Shown here: one piece after another, positions 9,405-19,897 of the stretch
Numbering within the stretch: the stretch's first letter is position 1
How the letters are laid out: each line of letters starts with the position of its first letter
Position numbers and translations under genes: made by a program
Assembly (NCBI GenBank): GCA_963662405.2
Contig: CAXXKT010000001.1
Span: forward strand, 320,001-384,000
Direction: 5' to 3'
DNA: 64,000 nt
From: Syntrophales bacterium
Lineage (GTDB): Bacteria > Desulfobacterota > Syntrophia > Syntrophales > UBA2210
Notes under the pieces: model-generated
The model's input: the letters and a program-made list of their open reading frames with translations, nothing else
Told to the model about the DNA's origin: nothing
The model's database searches: none

Positions 9405-9435
9405 GTACTTCTTTGGACTTTGTTGGATTGTCAAT

Positions 9436-9790
9436 TGGTGGAGGCGGCGGGAGTCGAACCCGCGTCCGAAAATATTCCACTGGAGTTTCTACGTGCGTAT
9501 CCTCTGATTTTGATTCGTGCCTGAAAACTCCCAAAGGCAGGATTGATCAGACACTATCCTGATTAGTTCTCGCCTCACTTCCTCCAGGATAAAGAAGATC
9601 GGCCAGTCCGCCTATATGACGCCCTCATCCGACCCGGCAGACATGGTCGGGAGACCGGTAGCCGTCTAAGCGGCTACAGCGTAATCGTAGTTGTCTGCGA
9701 TTATGTTTTCCTACCTGTTTAACGAGGCCTGTAGGAACCTCGGCACGCGGCTACAGCTTCACCTATCCCCGTCGAAACCGTGACGCCCCC
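9436..9790 (-). ncRNA. ssrA: tmRNA; tag peptide ADNYDYAVAA* (9698-9666)
   Basis: 5' GGGGGCG pairs with 3' CGCCTCC-ACCA (G3:U70); TTCGA T-loop; tag ORF; adjacent to smpB. Confidence 0.97.
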
Positions 9791-9817
9791 ATATAAAAGA
9801 TCAGTAATTGTACTCTT

Positions 9818-9846
9818 ACTATAGTCACTTTCGCCGCCCAAGTCAA
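9818..9846 (-). promoter_or_regulatory. sigma70 promoter of ssrA
   Basis: TTGACT-N17-TATAGT. Confidence 0.7.
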
Positions 9847-9864
9847 GGATGCGCATACGACCCG

Positions 9865-10344
9865 CTACCAGCCCTTGCCGCGTGAGCTCATATCCCTCTG
9901 CGCATCGCGCATATCGTCTTTTTGTCTGATATCCTGCCTCTTGTCATACAGCTTTTTACCCTTTCCGATACCGATCTCCAGTTTCACCCTTCCATTCTTG
10001 AAATACATCTTCAGGGGAACGAGGGTCAGGCCTTTCTCGTTTGATTTCCCATAGAGTTTTTTTATTTCTTGTTTATGCAGCAGCAGCTTGCGGACCCTCA
10101 GCACACTGTGATTGGTGCGGTTACCGTGAGAATAGGGGCTTATATGCAGATCGTAGACGAACACCTCCCCGTCCTTCACCTGGGCGTAGCTGTCCTTCAT
10201 GTTTCCTCTGCCTTCACGAAGCGCCTTCACCTCGGTCCCGGCAAGCACAATCCCCGCCTCATAGGTTTCTTCTATGAAGTAGTTGCGCCGTGCCAGTTTA
10301 TTCTGGCAGATTATTTTTTCAGATGTCTTATCCTTCTTTGCCAT
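9865..10344 (-). CDS. smpB: SsrA-binding protein
   Basis: [30 protein letters not shown]. Confidence 0.98.
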   Translation of the reverse strand: MAKKDKTSEKIICQNKLARRNYFIEETYEAGIVLAGTEVKALREGRGNMKDSYAQVKDGEVFVYDLHISPYSHGNRTNHSVLRVRKLLLHKQEIKKLYGKSNEKGLTLVPLKMYFKNGRVKLEIGIGKGKKLYDKRQDIRQKDDMRDAQRDMSSRGKGW

Positions 10345-10356
10345 TACACCACTCTC

Positions 10357-11136
10357 TCATATCTCAACCAAGATATCCCCCGAAGGCTGATCGTCATTAT
10401 GTTCGGGAAGGTATTCCATCCGTACATGGCTCATTGCCTTGAAAATGTTTTCGCGGATATGTTTGTTGTCCCTTTCCAGGTTGTCCAACATCTCTTTTAC
10501 ATACCTCCTCCGCGAGGTCTTGCTCGTGGGGCACAGGCTCTCTATCACGGGCAGATTCCGCTCCTTCGCGTACCGCTTGATCAGGGGCTCTCTGATATAC
10601 GCAAGGGGCCTGATCAGATGAAACTTTCCGTTGAAGATGGGCTGATCCGGCATCATCGTACTGATCTCCCGGGCGTAGAAGATGTTGATCAGGAGCGTCT
10701 CAACCATATCGTCTTTGTGGTGTGCCAGGGCGATCTTGTTGCACCCGTGTTCGTTCGCTATCTCGAATATCCGTTTTCTCCGCATCCGTGAACACAAAAA
10801 GCACGGGTTTTTTCTGTTTTCATGACTGTGGGCGAAGGGACCGATATCGGTCTTGTCCATGAGATACTCATACCCGTTCTCCTCAAGATATCGTTCCAAT
10901 CGTTCATACCCCCGGTACTCCCGATCGAATCCCATGTCCACATTGACGGCAAGAATCGAAAATCGCGGGAGAAAGATCATCCGGGTATTGAGGAGCTCGA
11001 GAAGGACGAGACTGTCTAAACCTCCCGAAACGCCGACCAGCACTCGATCTCCTTCCGCAATCATATTATAGTCCATAGCGGCCTTTTCCAGCCACTTTTT
11101 CAGGTGCAGGTACAGCTTTGACGGTTTTTCTCTCAC
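10357..11136 (-). CDS. ttcA: tRNA 2-thiocytidine biosynthesis protein, TtcA family
   Basis: PP-loop SGGLDS; CFLCSRMRR; HHKDD; IRPL. Confidence 0.88.
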   Translation of the reverse strand: MREKPSKLYLHLKKWLEKAAMDYNMIAEGDRVLVGVSGGLDSLVLLELLNTRMIFLPRFSILAVNVDMGFDREYRGYERLERYLEENGYEYLMDKTDIGPFAHSHENRKNPCFLCSRMRRKRIFEIANEHGCNKIALAHHKDDMVETLLINIFYAREISTMMPDQPIFNGKFHLIRPLAYIREPLIKRYAKERNLPVIESLCPTSKTSRRRYVKEMLDNLERDNKHIRENIFKAMSHVRMEYLPEHNDDQPSGDILVEI

Positions 11137-11282
11137 CAGAAGGTTTCCTCTCTTGCAACCATTTTACCGGACAATGACACCATGCTCAAAGGGTGCTAGC
11201 ACCCTATCATGAAAAGATCATCACGCCAAATCGGAAATTGCGTAACTATACAACTGACCAATAAATGTTTTCCATTTTTTTA

Positions 11283-11311
11283 TTGACACGACTTTTGTTA
11301 TCTGCTACGAA
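11283..11311 (+). promoter_or_regulatory. Putative sigma70 promoter for the PxxKW gene
   Basis: TTGACA-N17-TACGAA with extended TGn. Confidence 0.45.
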
Positions 11312-11341
11312 CCGCGCGAGTCTATGAAGGGCACTTGCGAT

Positions 11342-11376
11342 AATCGGGCAGTGCAGTACGGCTGCCCGATTTTTTT
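11342..11376 (+). terminator. Terminator-like hairpin in the 5' leader of the PxxKW gene
   Basis: aatcgggcagt-gcagtacg-gctgcccgatt ending in a 7-T run. Confidence 0.7.
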
Positions 11377-11415
11377 GTCCAGCACACGCTCAATTACAAA
11401 AGGGGGTGAATTCCC

Positions 11416-11697
11416 ATGCTTTGTCAGACGGTAAAAGAAGGTTTTGAATGTGTCTTCATGACCAAAAAAGGGTGTAGTTTTAATGGAGGTAGCTGTCATT
11501 CGATTGTTGAAAAGTGCGAAGGGTGTAACAAATGCCTGGAGTATTCCTCTGTCAAGTATTGTATGATGTATCCTGATCCCGCTGCTAAGTGGGCCAATGG
11601 CGTTTGTCCGTCAGCAACACACGTCGAAAAGCGCGTCAAAGAAACAGCTCAAAAGATCAACCCGCTCAAGGCCTCCAAGCGGGGTTCAAAACGCTAA
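11416..11697 (+). CDS. PxxKW family cysteine-rich protein
   Basis: CQTVKEGFECVFM...CEGC...YPDPAAKW...CPSATH...KINPLKASKR. Confidence 0.85.
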   Translation: MLCQTVKEGFECVFMTKKGCSFNGGSCHSIVEKCEGCNKCLEYSSVKYCMMYPDPAAKWANGVCPSATHVEKRVKETAQKINPLKASKRGSKR

Positions 11698-11805
11698 CTC
11701 TTTCCGCTGAACAACTAAGCACAATCCTGCTACAATGGGAAAAGCTTTATTGAGTGGAGTTTTGGTTTTCATCCATTACGGTGGAGGTGGGGGGATGTTT
11801 GACTC

Positions 11806-11833
11806 AAAAAGCCGGTTGAGAAACCGGCTTTTT
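11806..11833. terminator. Bidirectional intrinsic terminator
   Basis: aaaaagccggtt-gaga-aaccggcttttt between convergent genes. Confidence 0.85.
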
Positions 11834-11874
11834 CGTCTTCACACCCGACAGAGACAGATAACGTACCGGACTTT

Positions 11875-12201
11875 TCAACTGATGATATTGCGTATCTCCT
11901 GCAGTCCCTTCTTAATATCAGCTAATTTCTTCTCGGCATGCGGGGGATCCCCCCCCCCCTTGTTGGATCGGGCCAGGTGTTTTCTGGCTCCGGCTATGGT
12001 AAACATTTCCTCGTATAAAAGATTTTTTATTTCAAGTAATTGTTCAACATCTTTTTTTCGGTACAATCGCTGGTCCGACCTTGTCCGTATCGGCCGTACC
12101 GTCTTGAACTCCGATTCCCAATATCTCACCACGTATGGCTCTACACCCAGAATCTTACCAACCTCACCGATACGGAAATAATTCTTGTCAGGAATAGCCA
12201 T
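11875..12201 (-). CDS. MerR-family regulator commonly following ihfA
   Basis: IPDKNYFRIGEVGKILGVEPYVVRYWESEF. Confidence 0.9.
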   Translation of the reverse strand: MAIPDKNYFRIGEVGKILGVEPYVVRYWESEFKTVRPIRTRSDQRLYRKKDVEQLLEIKNLLYEEMFTIAGARKHLARSNKGGGDPPHAEKKLADIKKGLQEIRNIIS

Positions 12202-12248
12202 AATAGGAAACCCATAAAAATCCGAGACAAGAAAAGAATGCACAGGAC

Positions 12249-12524
12249 TCAGCTGTTGAGCGCCTTCTTTAATACCTGACTTGATTTAAAGGTCAAGACC
12301 TTCCTGGCCGATATCTCGATCTCTGTACCGGTCTGCGGATTCCTTCCCCGCCGGGCCGTCTTATTTCTGATGCTCAATTTACCGAACCCGGAGATTTTGA
12401 CATCTTCACCTCCGGCAAGGGTATCTTTTATGATGTCAAATACCGATTCTACAAGGCGTGCCGCATCGCTCTTAGAGACACCTATCTTCTCATGCACATT
12501 TCGTATAATATCAGCTTTTGTCAT
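12249..12524 (-). CDS. ihfA: Integration host factor alpha
   Basis: VKISGFG...RGRNPQTG; follows pheT. Confidence 0.95.
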   Translation of the reverse strand: MTKADIIRNVHEKIGVSKSDAARLVESVFDIIKDTLAGGEDVKISGFGKLSIRNKTARRGRNPQTGTEIEISARKVLTFKSSQVLKKALNS

Positions 12525-12547
12525 CTTTCCCTCCCTCGTTATGATAG

Positions 12548-14968
12548 TTATAGCTCCTGTCCTCTGATCGTTGCTCCCGTGTGTTTTACTATCGTCCCTA
12601 CAAGTCGCTCATGGACATCACTGACCTCGTTGTCCGTCAGTGTCTTCGTAGAGGAACGATAGGTAAACCTCACGGCCAAGCTTTTCATGCCTTTCGGGAT
12701 CCCTTTTCCTTCATATACATCAAAAATATCGACACATTCAAGTAAATTCTCATTTCTTTCAAGGGCGAGATCCAAGAGACGCCTCCCCTCAACCTCCCGA
12801 CCGATGACAAATGCGACATCTCTTGAAACCGAAGGAAGCTTCGGGATACTCCGATAGAGAAAACCGTCGCGGGCGAAGGGGACAATTGCCTGGAGATCGA
12901 ACTGAAAAACGACCGCTCTTTCCTTTATGTCCATCTTATCGAGGGCATCGGGATGGACATCTCCTAAAAAGCCAATGACCGTATCCTTACATACCATGGT
13001 GCATGATCTGCCGGGGTGAACAAAGGGGCGGTCACAACCCGGCATAAAGCGAACTGTTTGAATTCTCAGGGCATCGAACAGATTTTCCAGACACCCTTTT
13101 AGATCATAGAAATCGGCATGCATCTCCTCATCAAAGTGCCACGACCTGTCATAACGAGACCCGCATACAAGGCCCCCAACCGTTTCATCCTCCCGCGGCA
13201 AATCTTCGCCAATATCGGTAAACACCTTCCCTATTTCAAATATACGGAGGTCACGATTCCCAACACTACCGTTTTTCCGCATCGTCAGGAGAAGCCCATA
13301 GGCCAAATTCGTCCGCATGACGGACATATCCTCGCTCAGCGGATCTTCGAGACGTATAAAGCGCCGCCCCTCATCATCCGCACCCAGGCCGAGGATATCA
13401 GCCGATGCAGGAGAAATGAAGCTGTAATTGATAACCTCTGAATAACCATATCCGTTCAATATTGTTCTGATCCGCTTGTGTAATTCCCTCTTACTGTTCG
13501 TGATCAGTACTTCGGGCGAAAGTTCGGGGAGAGAAGAGGAGATCCCTTCATACCCGTATATTCGTGCTATCTCTTCGGTCAGGTCAATCTCCCTGGTAAT
13601 GTCAACCCGAAATGTGGGAGGCGTTACCAGGTAGTCCCCCGGTTCCCTTTCCGTCACCACCATCTCGAGACTTTCAAGAATCCCTTTCATCTCCTCTGTT
13701 TCAATCCGTGTACCCAGAATCCTGTTGACCCGATCAGGGCGAAGAGGGATGTCCCCGGCCATCTCGATTTTCCGAGGATATTCGTCAATGTATCCCCTGC
13801 AGATTGAACCTCCCGACAGATCGGCTATCAGCTGGGCCGCCCTGTCGAGGGCCCTGACGACTCCTTCCGGATCAATACCGCGTTCAAATCGAAAAGCGGC
13901 ATCCGTACCCATCCCCAGGGATCGTGACGACCTGCGGATAGAGGATGGGTTAAAATAGGCACTCTCGAGGAGAACCTCCGTTGTATCGTTTTCTACCTCA
14001 GAGTCGAGTCCACCCATGATGCCGGCAACGGCAACCGGTTCTACGCCGTCACAGATCATGAGGGTATCGGCGCGCAAGATCCGGGCCTTTTCATCCAAGG
14101 AAACAAACTGTTCGCCTTCCTCGGCACCCCGGACGACGATCCGTCCCTCCTTCAGCGACCGGAAATTGAATGCATGAAGGGGTTGTCCAAGCTCCATCAT
14201 CACGAAATTTGTCACATCAACGACATTATTGATCGCACGCAACCCAACCGCTTCGAGCCGTATCCGCATCCATGTCGGTGAGGGACGTATCTCGATATTT
14301 TGTATGAGTCGGGCGGTATACCGTGGGCACAGCTCCGGATTCAGGATCGTTACGGAGGTCAGCGTATCAATCCCCTTTTCGTTCTCCTGAAAATCGATTC
14401 GGGGATACCGGACCCTGGTTCCCGTCATAGCGGCAATCTCACGGGCGATTCCTATCATGCTCAGACAATCGGCGCGGTTGGGAGTAACGGATATCTCAAA
14501 GGCAACATCCTCAAGATCAAGGGCCACGGCCAGGTCTTCGCCAAGAGGAAGGGTATCGGGGAGCATCATGATCCCGGTTGCATCGTCGCCGATCCCCAGT
14601 TCCTCTTCGGAGCAGAGCATCCCTTCTGACAGCTCTCCCCTGAGCCGGGAGGTCTTTATCGTATAACCGCCCGGTATGGTAGCTCCCACCGTCGCGAGGG
14701 GAACGATATCACCCGCGTGGATATTCCGTGCGCCACAGACCACCGGAACGGTCGTACCACCAGTGGAAACCTCACACAACGAGAGTTTATCGGCATTGGG
14801 ATGGGGGGTTACGGACAGGATTTTCGCAACAAGGACACCGGAGAAACCGGGGGTAACCTTTTCTATGGAATCGACCTCCAGACCGGCCATCGTCAACTTA
14901 TCGGCGATCTCCTCCGGAGCCAAATCCACATCAACATAATCCTTCAACCACTTCAAACTGACTAACAT
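12548..14968 (-). CDS. pheT: Phenylalanine-tRNA ligase beta subunit
   Basis: PHPNADKL, TPNRADCLS, RFERG, FDX-ACB C-terminus. Confidence 0.98.
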   Translation of the reverse strand: MLVSLKWLKDYVDVDLAPEEIADKLTMAGLEVDSIEKVTPGFSGVLVAKILSVTPHPNADKLSLCEVSTGGTTVPVVCGARNIHAGDIVPLATVGATIPGGYTIKTSRLRGELSEGMLCSEEELGIGDDATGIMMLPDTLPLGEDLAVALDLEDVAFEISVTPNRADCLSMIGIAREIAAMTGTRVRYPRIDFQENEKGIDTLTSVTILNPELCPRYTARLIQNIEIRPSPTWMRIRLEAVGLRAINNVVDVTNFVMMELGQPLHAFNFRSLKEGRIVVRGAEEGEQFVSLDEKARILRADTLMICDGVEPVAVAGIMGGLDSEVENDTTEVLLESAYFNPSSIRRSSRSLGMGTDAAFRFERGIDPEGVVRALDRAAQLIADLSGGSICRGYIDEYPRKIEMAGDIPLRPDRVNRILGTRIETEEMKGILESLEMVVTEREPGDYLVTPPTFRVDITREIDLTEEIARIYGYEGISSSLPELSPEVLITNSKRELHKRIRTILNGYGYSEVINYSFISPASADILGLGADDEGRRFIRLEDPLSEDMSVMRTNLAYGLLLTMRKNGSVGNRDLRIFEIGKVFTDIGEDLPREDETVGGLVCGSRYDRSWHFDEEMHADFYDLKGCLENLFDALRIQTVRFMPGCDRPFVHPGRSCTMVCKDTVIGFLGDVHPDALDKMDIKERAVVFQFDLQAIVPFARDGFLYRSIPKLPSVSRDVAFVIGREVEGRRLLDLALERNENLLECVDIFDVYEGKGIPKGMKSLAVRFTYRSSTKTLTDNEVSDVHERLVGTIVKHTGATIRGQEL

Positions 14969-14997
14969 TTATTCGCCTCTCCTGAGGTGTGTACGGG

Positions 14998-16023
14998 CTA
15001 AAATTGGTCCAGGAATCTCCGGTCATTTTCGAAGAAAAGGCGGATATCCGATATGCCGTATTTAAGCATCGCGATTCTCTCGACACCGAGACCGAAAGCA
15101 AAACCGGAGATTTCTTCAGTATTATAGTTTACGTTCCTGAAAACCGCCGGATCAACCATCCCGCTCCCGAGGATCTCTATCCATCCGGTGTGGGCACACA
15201 CCCGGCAACCGGCCCCTTTGCAGATCACACATTGGATATCAACTTCCGCGCTCGGCTCCGTGAAGGGAAAAAAGCTGGGACGAAATCTGAGGCGGGTATC
15301 CTTTCCGAACATCTGCCGGAGGAAAAAGGTGAGAACGCCTTTCAGGTCTCCAAAGGTAATATCCTTGTCAACGAGGAGTCCTTCGACCTGATGGAACATC
15401 GGCGTATGGGAGATATCGGAATCGGGACGGTATACCTTGCCGGGGGAAAGGATCCTCACGGGAGGAGCTTGCTGTTCCATCGTCCTGATCTGAACGGGAG
15501 AGGTATGGGTGCGCAGGATAACATCGTCGGTTACATAAAAGGTGTCGTGTGCGTCACGGGCGGGGTGATCTTCGGGGATATTGAGGGCCTCGAAGTTGTA
15601 ATAGGTCGACTCCACCTCGGGTCCTTCGACCACGGAGAATCCCAGACTTGCAAAGATGTCGCAGATCTCACTCTCCACCCGGGTAACGGGATGAATTTTC
15701 CCGTATCGAGCCCCTCTCCCCGGGAGGGTGACATCAATCCGCTCTTCGCGCAGAGTCCGGTCTTTTTCACCAGCCTCCACACCCTCCAGGCCCTTTTCTA
15801 TCTTTTCCAGCAGGGTGTTTTTTATGTCGTTGGAAAGCTTTCCGAGACGGGGTTTCTCTTCGGGAGGGACATCTTTCAGGCCTCGGAGAAGATCGGTGAG
15901 AAATCCCTTTCTCCCGAGGTACCTGGTCTTTATGTCAAGAAACTCCTCCCGGGTCGCGGCTGAACGTATCGCAGCATCAGCCGTGTTCCGCAGATCTTCG
16001 AGGGCTTCTTTCACGTACGTCAT
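14998..16023 (-). CDS. pheS: Phenylalanine-tRNA ligase alpha subunit
   Basis: [28 protein letters not shown]. Confidence 0.98.
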   Translation of the reverse strand: MTYVKEALEDLRNTADAAIRSAATREEFLDIKTRYLGRKGFLTDLLRGLKDVPPEEKPRLGKLSNDIKNTLLEKIEKGLEGVEAGEKDRTLREERIDVTLPGRGARYGKIHPVTRVESEICDIFASLGFSVVEGPEVESTYYNFEALNIPEDHPARDAHDTFYVTDDVILRTHTSPVQIRTMEQQAPPVRILSPGKVYRPDSDISHTPMFHQVEGLLVDKDITFGDLKGVLTFFLRQMFGKDTRLRFRPSFFPFTEPSAEVDIQCVICKGAGCRVCAHTGWIEILGSGMVDPAVFRNVNYNTEEISGFAFGLGVERIAMLKYGISDIRLFFENDRRFLDQF

Positions 16024-16370
16024 TCACCTTTCGCCATACCGGCAATCTTTGAAAAGGCACCGGGATCATGAACGGCAAGTTCCGCAAGGATCTTTCTGTC
16101 CAGATCAACGCCCGCATCTTTTATACCATGTATTAACCGGCTGTAAGTTATTCCATTCATACGGGCGGCGGCGTTTATCCGCGCAATCCACAACTTCCTG
16201 AAATCCCGTTTCCTGACCCTGCGATCCCGGTACGAGTACTTCATTGCCCGGTCAACGGCCTCGGTAGCGGTCCGATACAGGCGGCTTCTCGCCCCGAAAT
16301 ACCCCTTCGCGAGTTTCAGCACGCCTCTTCTCTTTTTTCTGGCATGTATACTTCTCTTTACCCGTGGCAT
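16020..16370 (-). CDS. rplT: 50S ribosomal protein L20
   Basis: MPRVKR...[14 protein letters not shown]. Confidence 0.98.
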   Translation of the reverse strand: MPRVKRSIHARKKRRGVLKLAKGYFGARSRLYRTATEAVDRAMKYSYRDRRVRKRDFRKLWIARINAAARMNGITYSRLIHGIKDAGVDLDRKILAELAVHDPGAFSKIAGMAKGE

Positions 16371-16382
16371 ATATATCTCCCT

Positions 16383-16580
16383 TTACTTATAGGGAATCAG
16401 TTTCTTGATTCCGTTCGTATCGCGTGCACTCAAGAGACCCGATTTTCTCAGATTTCTTTTCCGCTTACTCGTCTTCTTCGTTAAGATATGGCTGGCATAA
16501 GCCTTGTTCCTTTTGACCTTCCCCGTTGCGGTCAGGCCAAACCTCTTAGCCGCCCCTCTGCGCGTCTTCATCTTTGGCAT
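16383..16580 (-). CDS. rpmI: 50S ribosomal protein L35
   Basis: [14 protein letters not shown]. Confidence 0.98.
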   Translation of the reverse strand: MPKMKTRRGAAKRFGLTATGKVKRNKAYASHILTKKTSKRKRNLRKSGLLSARDTNGIKKLIPYK

Positions 16581-16610
16581 GGTTTTACTCCGGTTATATC
16601 ATTAAAACAA

Positions 16611-17123
16611 TCATTTCTTCGGGGGAGCCACGATCATGATCATATTCCTCCCCTCACGCTTGGGAAACTGGTCAACAACACACTCCTCACCCAGTCTATT
16701 CTTGATATCCTCCATTATACGTCTTCCCTGGTCCGCGTACACGATCTCCCTCCCCCGGAACATCATGGTTATCTTCACCTTGTTGTTCTGATCGAGAAAG
16801 CGTTTTATGTGACGAATCTTCACCAGAAGATCGTGCTCCTCGGTCTTGGGACGGAGACGAATCTCTTTCAGCTGGACGGTACTCTGACTCTTCTTGGCCC
16901 CATGAGTCTTCTTGCTCTGCTGGTACATGTGCTTCCCGTAATCCATGATACGGCACACCGGCGGAGAGGAATTGGGGGCCACCTCTACCAGATCGAGCTC
17001 CACCTTCCCAGCCGCCGCCAAGGCATCAGCAAGGGACAATATCCCCAACTGCTGTCCCTCAGAGCTGATGACTCGGACCTTATCAACCCTGATCTCATTG
17101 TTGATTCTCAGATGTTTAGCTAT
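16611..17123 (-). CDS. infC: Translation initiation factor IF-3, non-canonical ATA start
   Basis: Frame extends to ATA at 17123 preceded by GGAGGTG; RINNEIR...DLVEVAP...PPVCRIMDYGK. Confidence 0.95.
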   Translation of the reverse strand: MAKHLRINNEIRVDKVRVISSEGQQLGILSLADALAAAGKVELDLVEVAPNSSPPVCRIMDYGKHMYQQSKKTHGAKKSQSTVQLKEIRLRPKTEEHDLLVKIRHIKRFLDQNNKVKITMMFRGREIVYADQGRRIMEDIKNRLGEECVVDQFPKREGRNMIMIVAPPKK

Positions 17124-17170
17124 GTGTCACCTCCCAGAATATCGAGAAAACCGGTTTACAGCATACCTTC

Positions 17171-19114
17171 TTATTCATACCTGTCACACTTGCCGCGTAC
17201 AAGAGCAACAAACTCATCAACGCCCATGGAACCGAGGTTCTTACCACCATCCCGCTGCCGCGGCGAAACCGCGTCTGATTCCACCTCTCGATCGCCAATA
17301 ACAAGCATATACGGGACCTTTTGCACTTGTCCTTCCCGTATTTTGTATCCCAGCTTCTCGTTTCTGAAATCTTTCTCGCATCGGACGCCCGCCTCGATAA
17401 GACGATTGTATACCTCTTCACCGTAAGGGATGTGTTTGTCGGTTACGGTTAAAACGCTGGCCTGTACCGGAGACAGCCAGACGGGAAAGGCACCTGCATA
17501 ATGTTCAATCAGAACACCCATGAACCGTTCAACCGCTCCAAGGATAACCCGATGAAGCATCACGGGCCGGTGTTTCTCCCCATCCGCCCCGATGTACGAC
17601 AGGTCAAACCGTTCAGGGAGGGTAAAATCACACTGTATGGTCGCGCATTGCCATTTTCTCCCGAGGGCATCTTTGAGCTTGAAATCGATCTTGGGGCCGT
17701 AGAACGCGCCATCTCCTTCATTGATATCATATGCAATTTCATTATCTTGCAGCGCAAGCTCCAAGGCGGTCGTGGCCAGTCCCCAGTCTTCATCAGAACC
17801 GATCGAGTCGTGTGGCCGTGTACTCAATTCCACCTCGTATGCAAAGCCGAAGACCCCCATGGCATAATCCACAAAATCAGCAATCGCCCTGATCTCCGCG
17901 TTTAGCTGATCGGGGATGCACAGGATATGAGCATCATCCTGCGTGAACTGGCGGGCACGCATGAGGCCGTGTAGCACACCCGTCTTCTCGTGGCGGTGGA
18001 CGGTTCCCAATTCGAAATAACGCAAGGGAAGATCCCGATAGCTCCGAATCTTCGATTTGTATATCAGCATGTGGGCAAGGCAGTTCATCGGTTTGATCCC
18101 GTACAACTGCTCATCGACCTCGGTAAAATACATATTTTCGCGGTAGTGGTCGAAGTGCCCGGATTTCTTCCACAGATCAACCTTCAGGATCTGAGGGCCC
18201 ATGACGATGTCGTACCCGCGTTTCAGATGCTCTCGCTTTTCCCAGTCCTCTATGATGGTCCGCAAGAGAGCACCCTTCGGGTGAAATATGATCAACCCGG
18301 GGCCAGCCTCATCATTCATCTGGAAAAGATCAAGCTCCTTACCCAGTCTTCGATGATCTCTCTTTTTGGCCTCTTCAACAACCTTCAGATAGTCATCCAG
18401 CTCCTGCTGCGTGGCAAATCCGGTACCGTAGATGCGCTGGAGCATCTTGTTGTTTTCATCCCCACGCCAGTAGGCCCCTGCAACATTTAAGAGCTTAAAG
18501 GCCTTGACCATCCCGGTGGAGGGAACGTGGGGTCCCCGGCAGAGATCGACAAATCCTCCCTGGCTATAGAGACTCACTCCGGTCACATCTTCGGGAAGAT
18601 CATTGATCAGTTCCACCTTGTACGGCTCGTTTCTCTCCTCGAAAAAAGAAACTGCCTCCCGGCGCGACATCTCCGTCCTCACAAAGGGATGATCGGCGGA
18701 GACAATCTCGCGCATCCTCCCCTCTATCTTATCGAGATCTTCGGGGGTGAAGGTGTCTGAATATTCAAAGTCGTAGTAGAAGCCATCTTCTATCGAAGGG
18801 CCGATGGTGACCTTCACGCCGGCGAATATACCCTGCACCGCCTGGGCCATGATGTGCGAGATACTGTGCCGAAGCACACCGAGACCCTCCGGGGACGATA
18901 TATCAATCAGCCCTATCGAAGCATCTTCATCCACGGTCGAACTCAGGTCGACCGTTGCATCATTTACCCTGGCCGCCACCGCGGACGCCATCGCGTCCCT
19001 GCACCGGGATAAGAAGATTTCCTTAACTGTTACTCCGGGTTGGTATGCCTCGACGGCACCATCCGGGAATGTTATCTTAATTGTTTTCACAACACCATCC
19101 GGAAAGATCCACAC
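17171..19114 (-). CDS. thrS: Threonine-tRNA ligase (start may be GTG at 19090)
   Basis: TGS domain, [28 protein letters not shown]. Confidence 0.98.
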   Translation of the reverse strand: MWIFPDGVVKTIKITFPDGAVEAYQPGVTVKEIFLSRCRDAMASAVAARVNDATVDLSSTVDEDASIGLIDISSPEGLGVLRHSISHIMAQAVQGIFAGVKVTIGPSIEDGFYYDFEYSDTFTPEDLDKIEGRMREIVSADHPFVRTEMSRREAVSFFEERNEPYKVELINDLPEDVTGVSLYSQGGFVDLCRGPHVPSTGMVKAFKLLNVAGAYWRGDENNKMLQRIYGTGFATQQELDDYLKVVEEAKKRDHRRLGKELDLFQMNDEAGPGLIIFHPKGALLRTIIEDWEKREHLKRGYDIVMGPQILKVDLWKKSGHFDHYRENMYFTEVDEQLYGIKPMNCLAHMLIYKSKIRSYRDLPLRYFELGTVHRHEKTGVLHGLMRARQFTQDDAHILCIPDQLNAEIRAIADFVDYAMGVFGFAYEVELSTRPHDSIGSDEDWGLATTALELALQDNEIAYDINEGDGAFYGPKIDFKLKDALGRKWQCATIQCDFTLPERFDLSYIGADGEKHRPVMLHRVILGAVERFMGVLIEHYAGAFPVWLSPVQASVLTVTDKHIPYGEEVYNRLIEAGVRCEKDFRNEKLGYKIREGQVQKVPYMLVIGDREVESDAVSPRQRDGGKNLGSMGVDEFVALVRGKCDRYE

Positions 19115-19196
19115 TCAAGGGGACAGAGAAAGCATCTTCCCGATCCCCTAAAGAAAGGGCACCACAGACGCCGATGCCCTCGTATATGCATTTAAA

Positions 19197-19271
19197 TGGT
19201 AGGCACGCAGGGATTTGAACCCTGGACCCCCACCGTGTCAAGGTGATGCTCTCCCCCTGAGCTACGTGCCT
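19197..19271 (-). tRNA. tRNA-Val(GAC)
   Basis: AGGCACG/CGTGCCT acceptor stem plus ACCA; anticodon loop TTGACAC; GGTTCAAATCC T-arm. Confidence 0.96.
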
Positions 19272-19338
19272 ATGTCCTGAAAAGGCTAAGTTACCTAGCA
19301 ACAAAACGCCTCCATGTCAAGAACTATTATACAAAACC

Positions 19339-19875
19339 CTACGGGTGGTTGATGAATCTCACGCCTTTAAAGATGTAATATAACCCGGAAACCACGGTAA
19401 AACAGGCAGTAGTCCAAAATGCCGTCGAAATCATTATGGTATTTTCATATTCCGGCAAGCATTTGAAGGCAAGCACGAGAAATACCGTCAGGATCTGGAG
19501 TAGTGTCGTCACCTTACTGACGTAAGTGGGTCGTATCTCGAAGGAAACGGACATCAGAAAGAGTACCGACACTCCAAACAAGATAATACAGTCCCGGCTG
19601 ATAACAACCACCGCAAGCCAACCGGGGATAATCTCAAGAATCGACAGGATAACAAACGACGATATGATCAGCGCCTTGTCCGCCAAGGGATCCAGATACG
19701 CGCCCAGATCAGTCTGCTGACTCAGGATACGTGCCAGGAACCCGTCGAGGCCATCCGTTACTCCTGCAATAATAAAGACTGCAAGGGCGTAAGAAAAGGA
19801 ACCTTGCATGACAAGAATAACAAAGATCGGGACCAATATGATACGAACAAGCGTCAGCATGTTGGGAATATTCAT
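19339..19875 (-). CDS. CDP-alcohol phosphatidyltransferase (PgsA-like)
   Basis: PNMLTLVR...TDGLDGFLAR...LGAYLDPLADK. Confidence 0.92.
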   Translation of the reverse strand: MNIPNMLTLVRIILVPIFVILVMQGSFSYALAVFIIAGVTDGLDGFLARILSQQTDLGAYLDPLADKALIISSFVILSILEIIPGWLAVVVISRDCIILFGVSVLFLMSVSFEIRPTYVSKVTTLLQILTVFLVLAFKCLPEYENTIMISTAFWTTACFTVVSGLYYIFKGVRFINHP

Positions 19876-19897
19876 ACTCTTCTATGATCTCAATTCC

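Larger units (their letters stand above)
1..9435 (-). mobile_element. Integrative element (P4-like integrase; phage satellite/PICI-like genomic island) at the tmRNA 3' end; left boundary not in window
   Basis: Tyrosine integrase 180 bp from the ssrA 3' end, followed co-directionally by alpA, HTH, replication initiator and primase-helicase; visibly AT-richer stretches; no second copy of the ssrA 3' end seen in 1-9400. Confidence 0.85.

Noticed and set aside
11779..11795. cggtggaggtgggggga resembles the tmRNA 3' end (possible second att site)
   Set aside because: 14/17 match in G-rich sequence, on the wrong side of ssrA; it would enclose smpB and ttcA rather than the integrase
19115..19196. 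thrS leader hairpins as tRNA-Thr anticodon mimics (loop contains CGU/UGU)
   Set aside because: The hairpin with its U-rich tail is explained as a terminator or processing stem after tRNA-Val; a 3-nt match is not evidence
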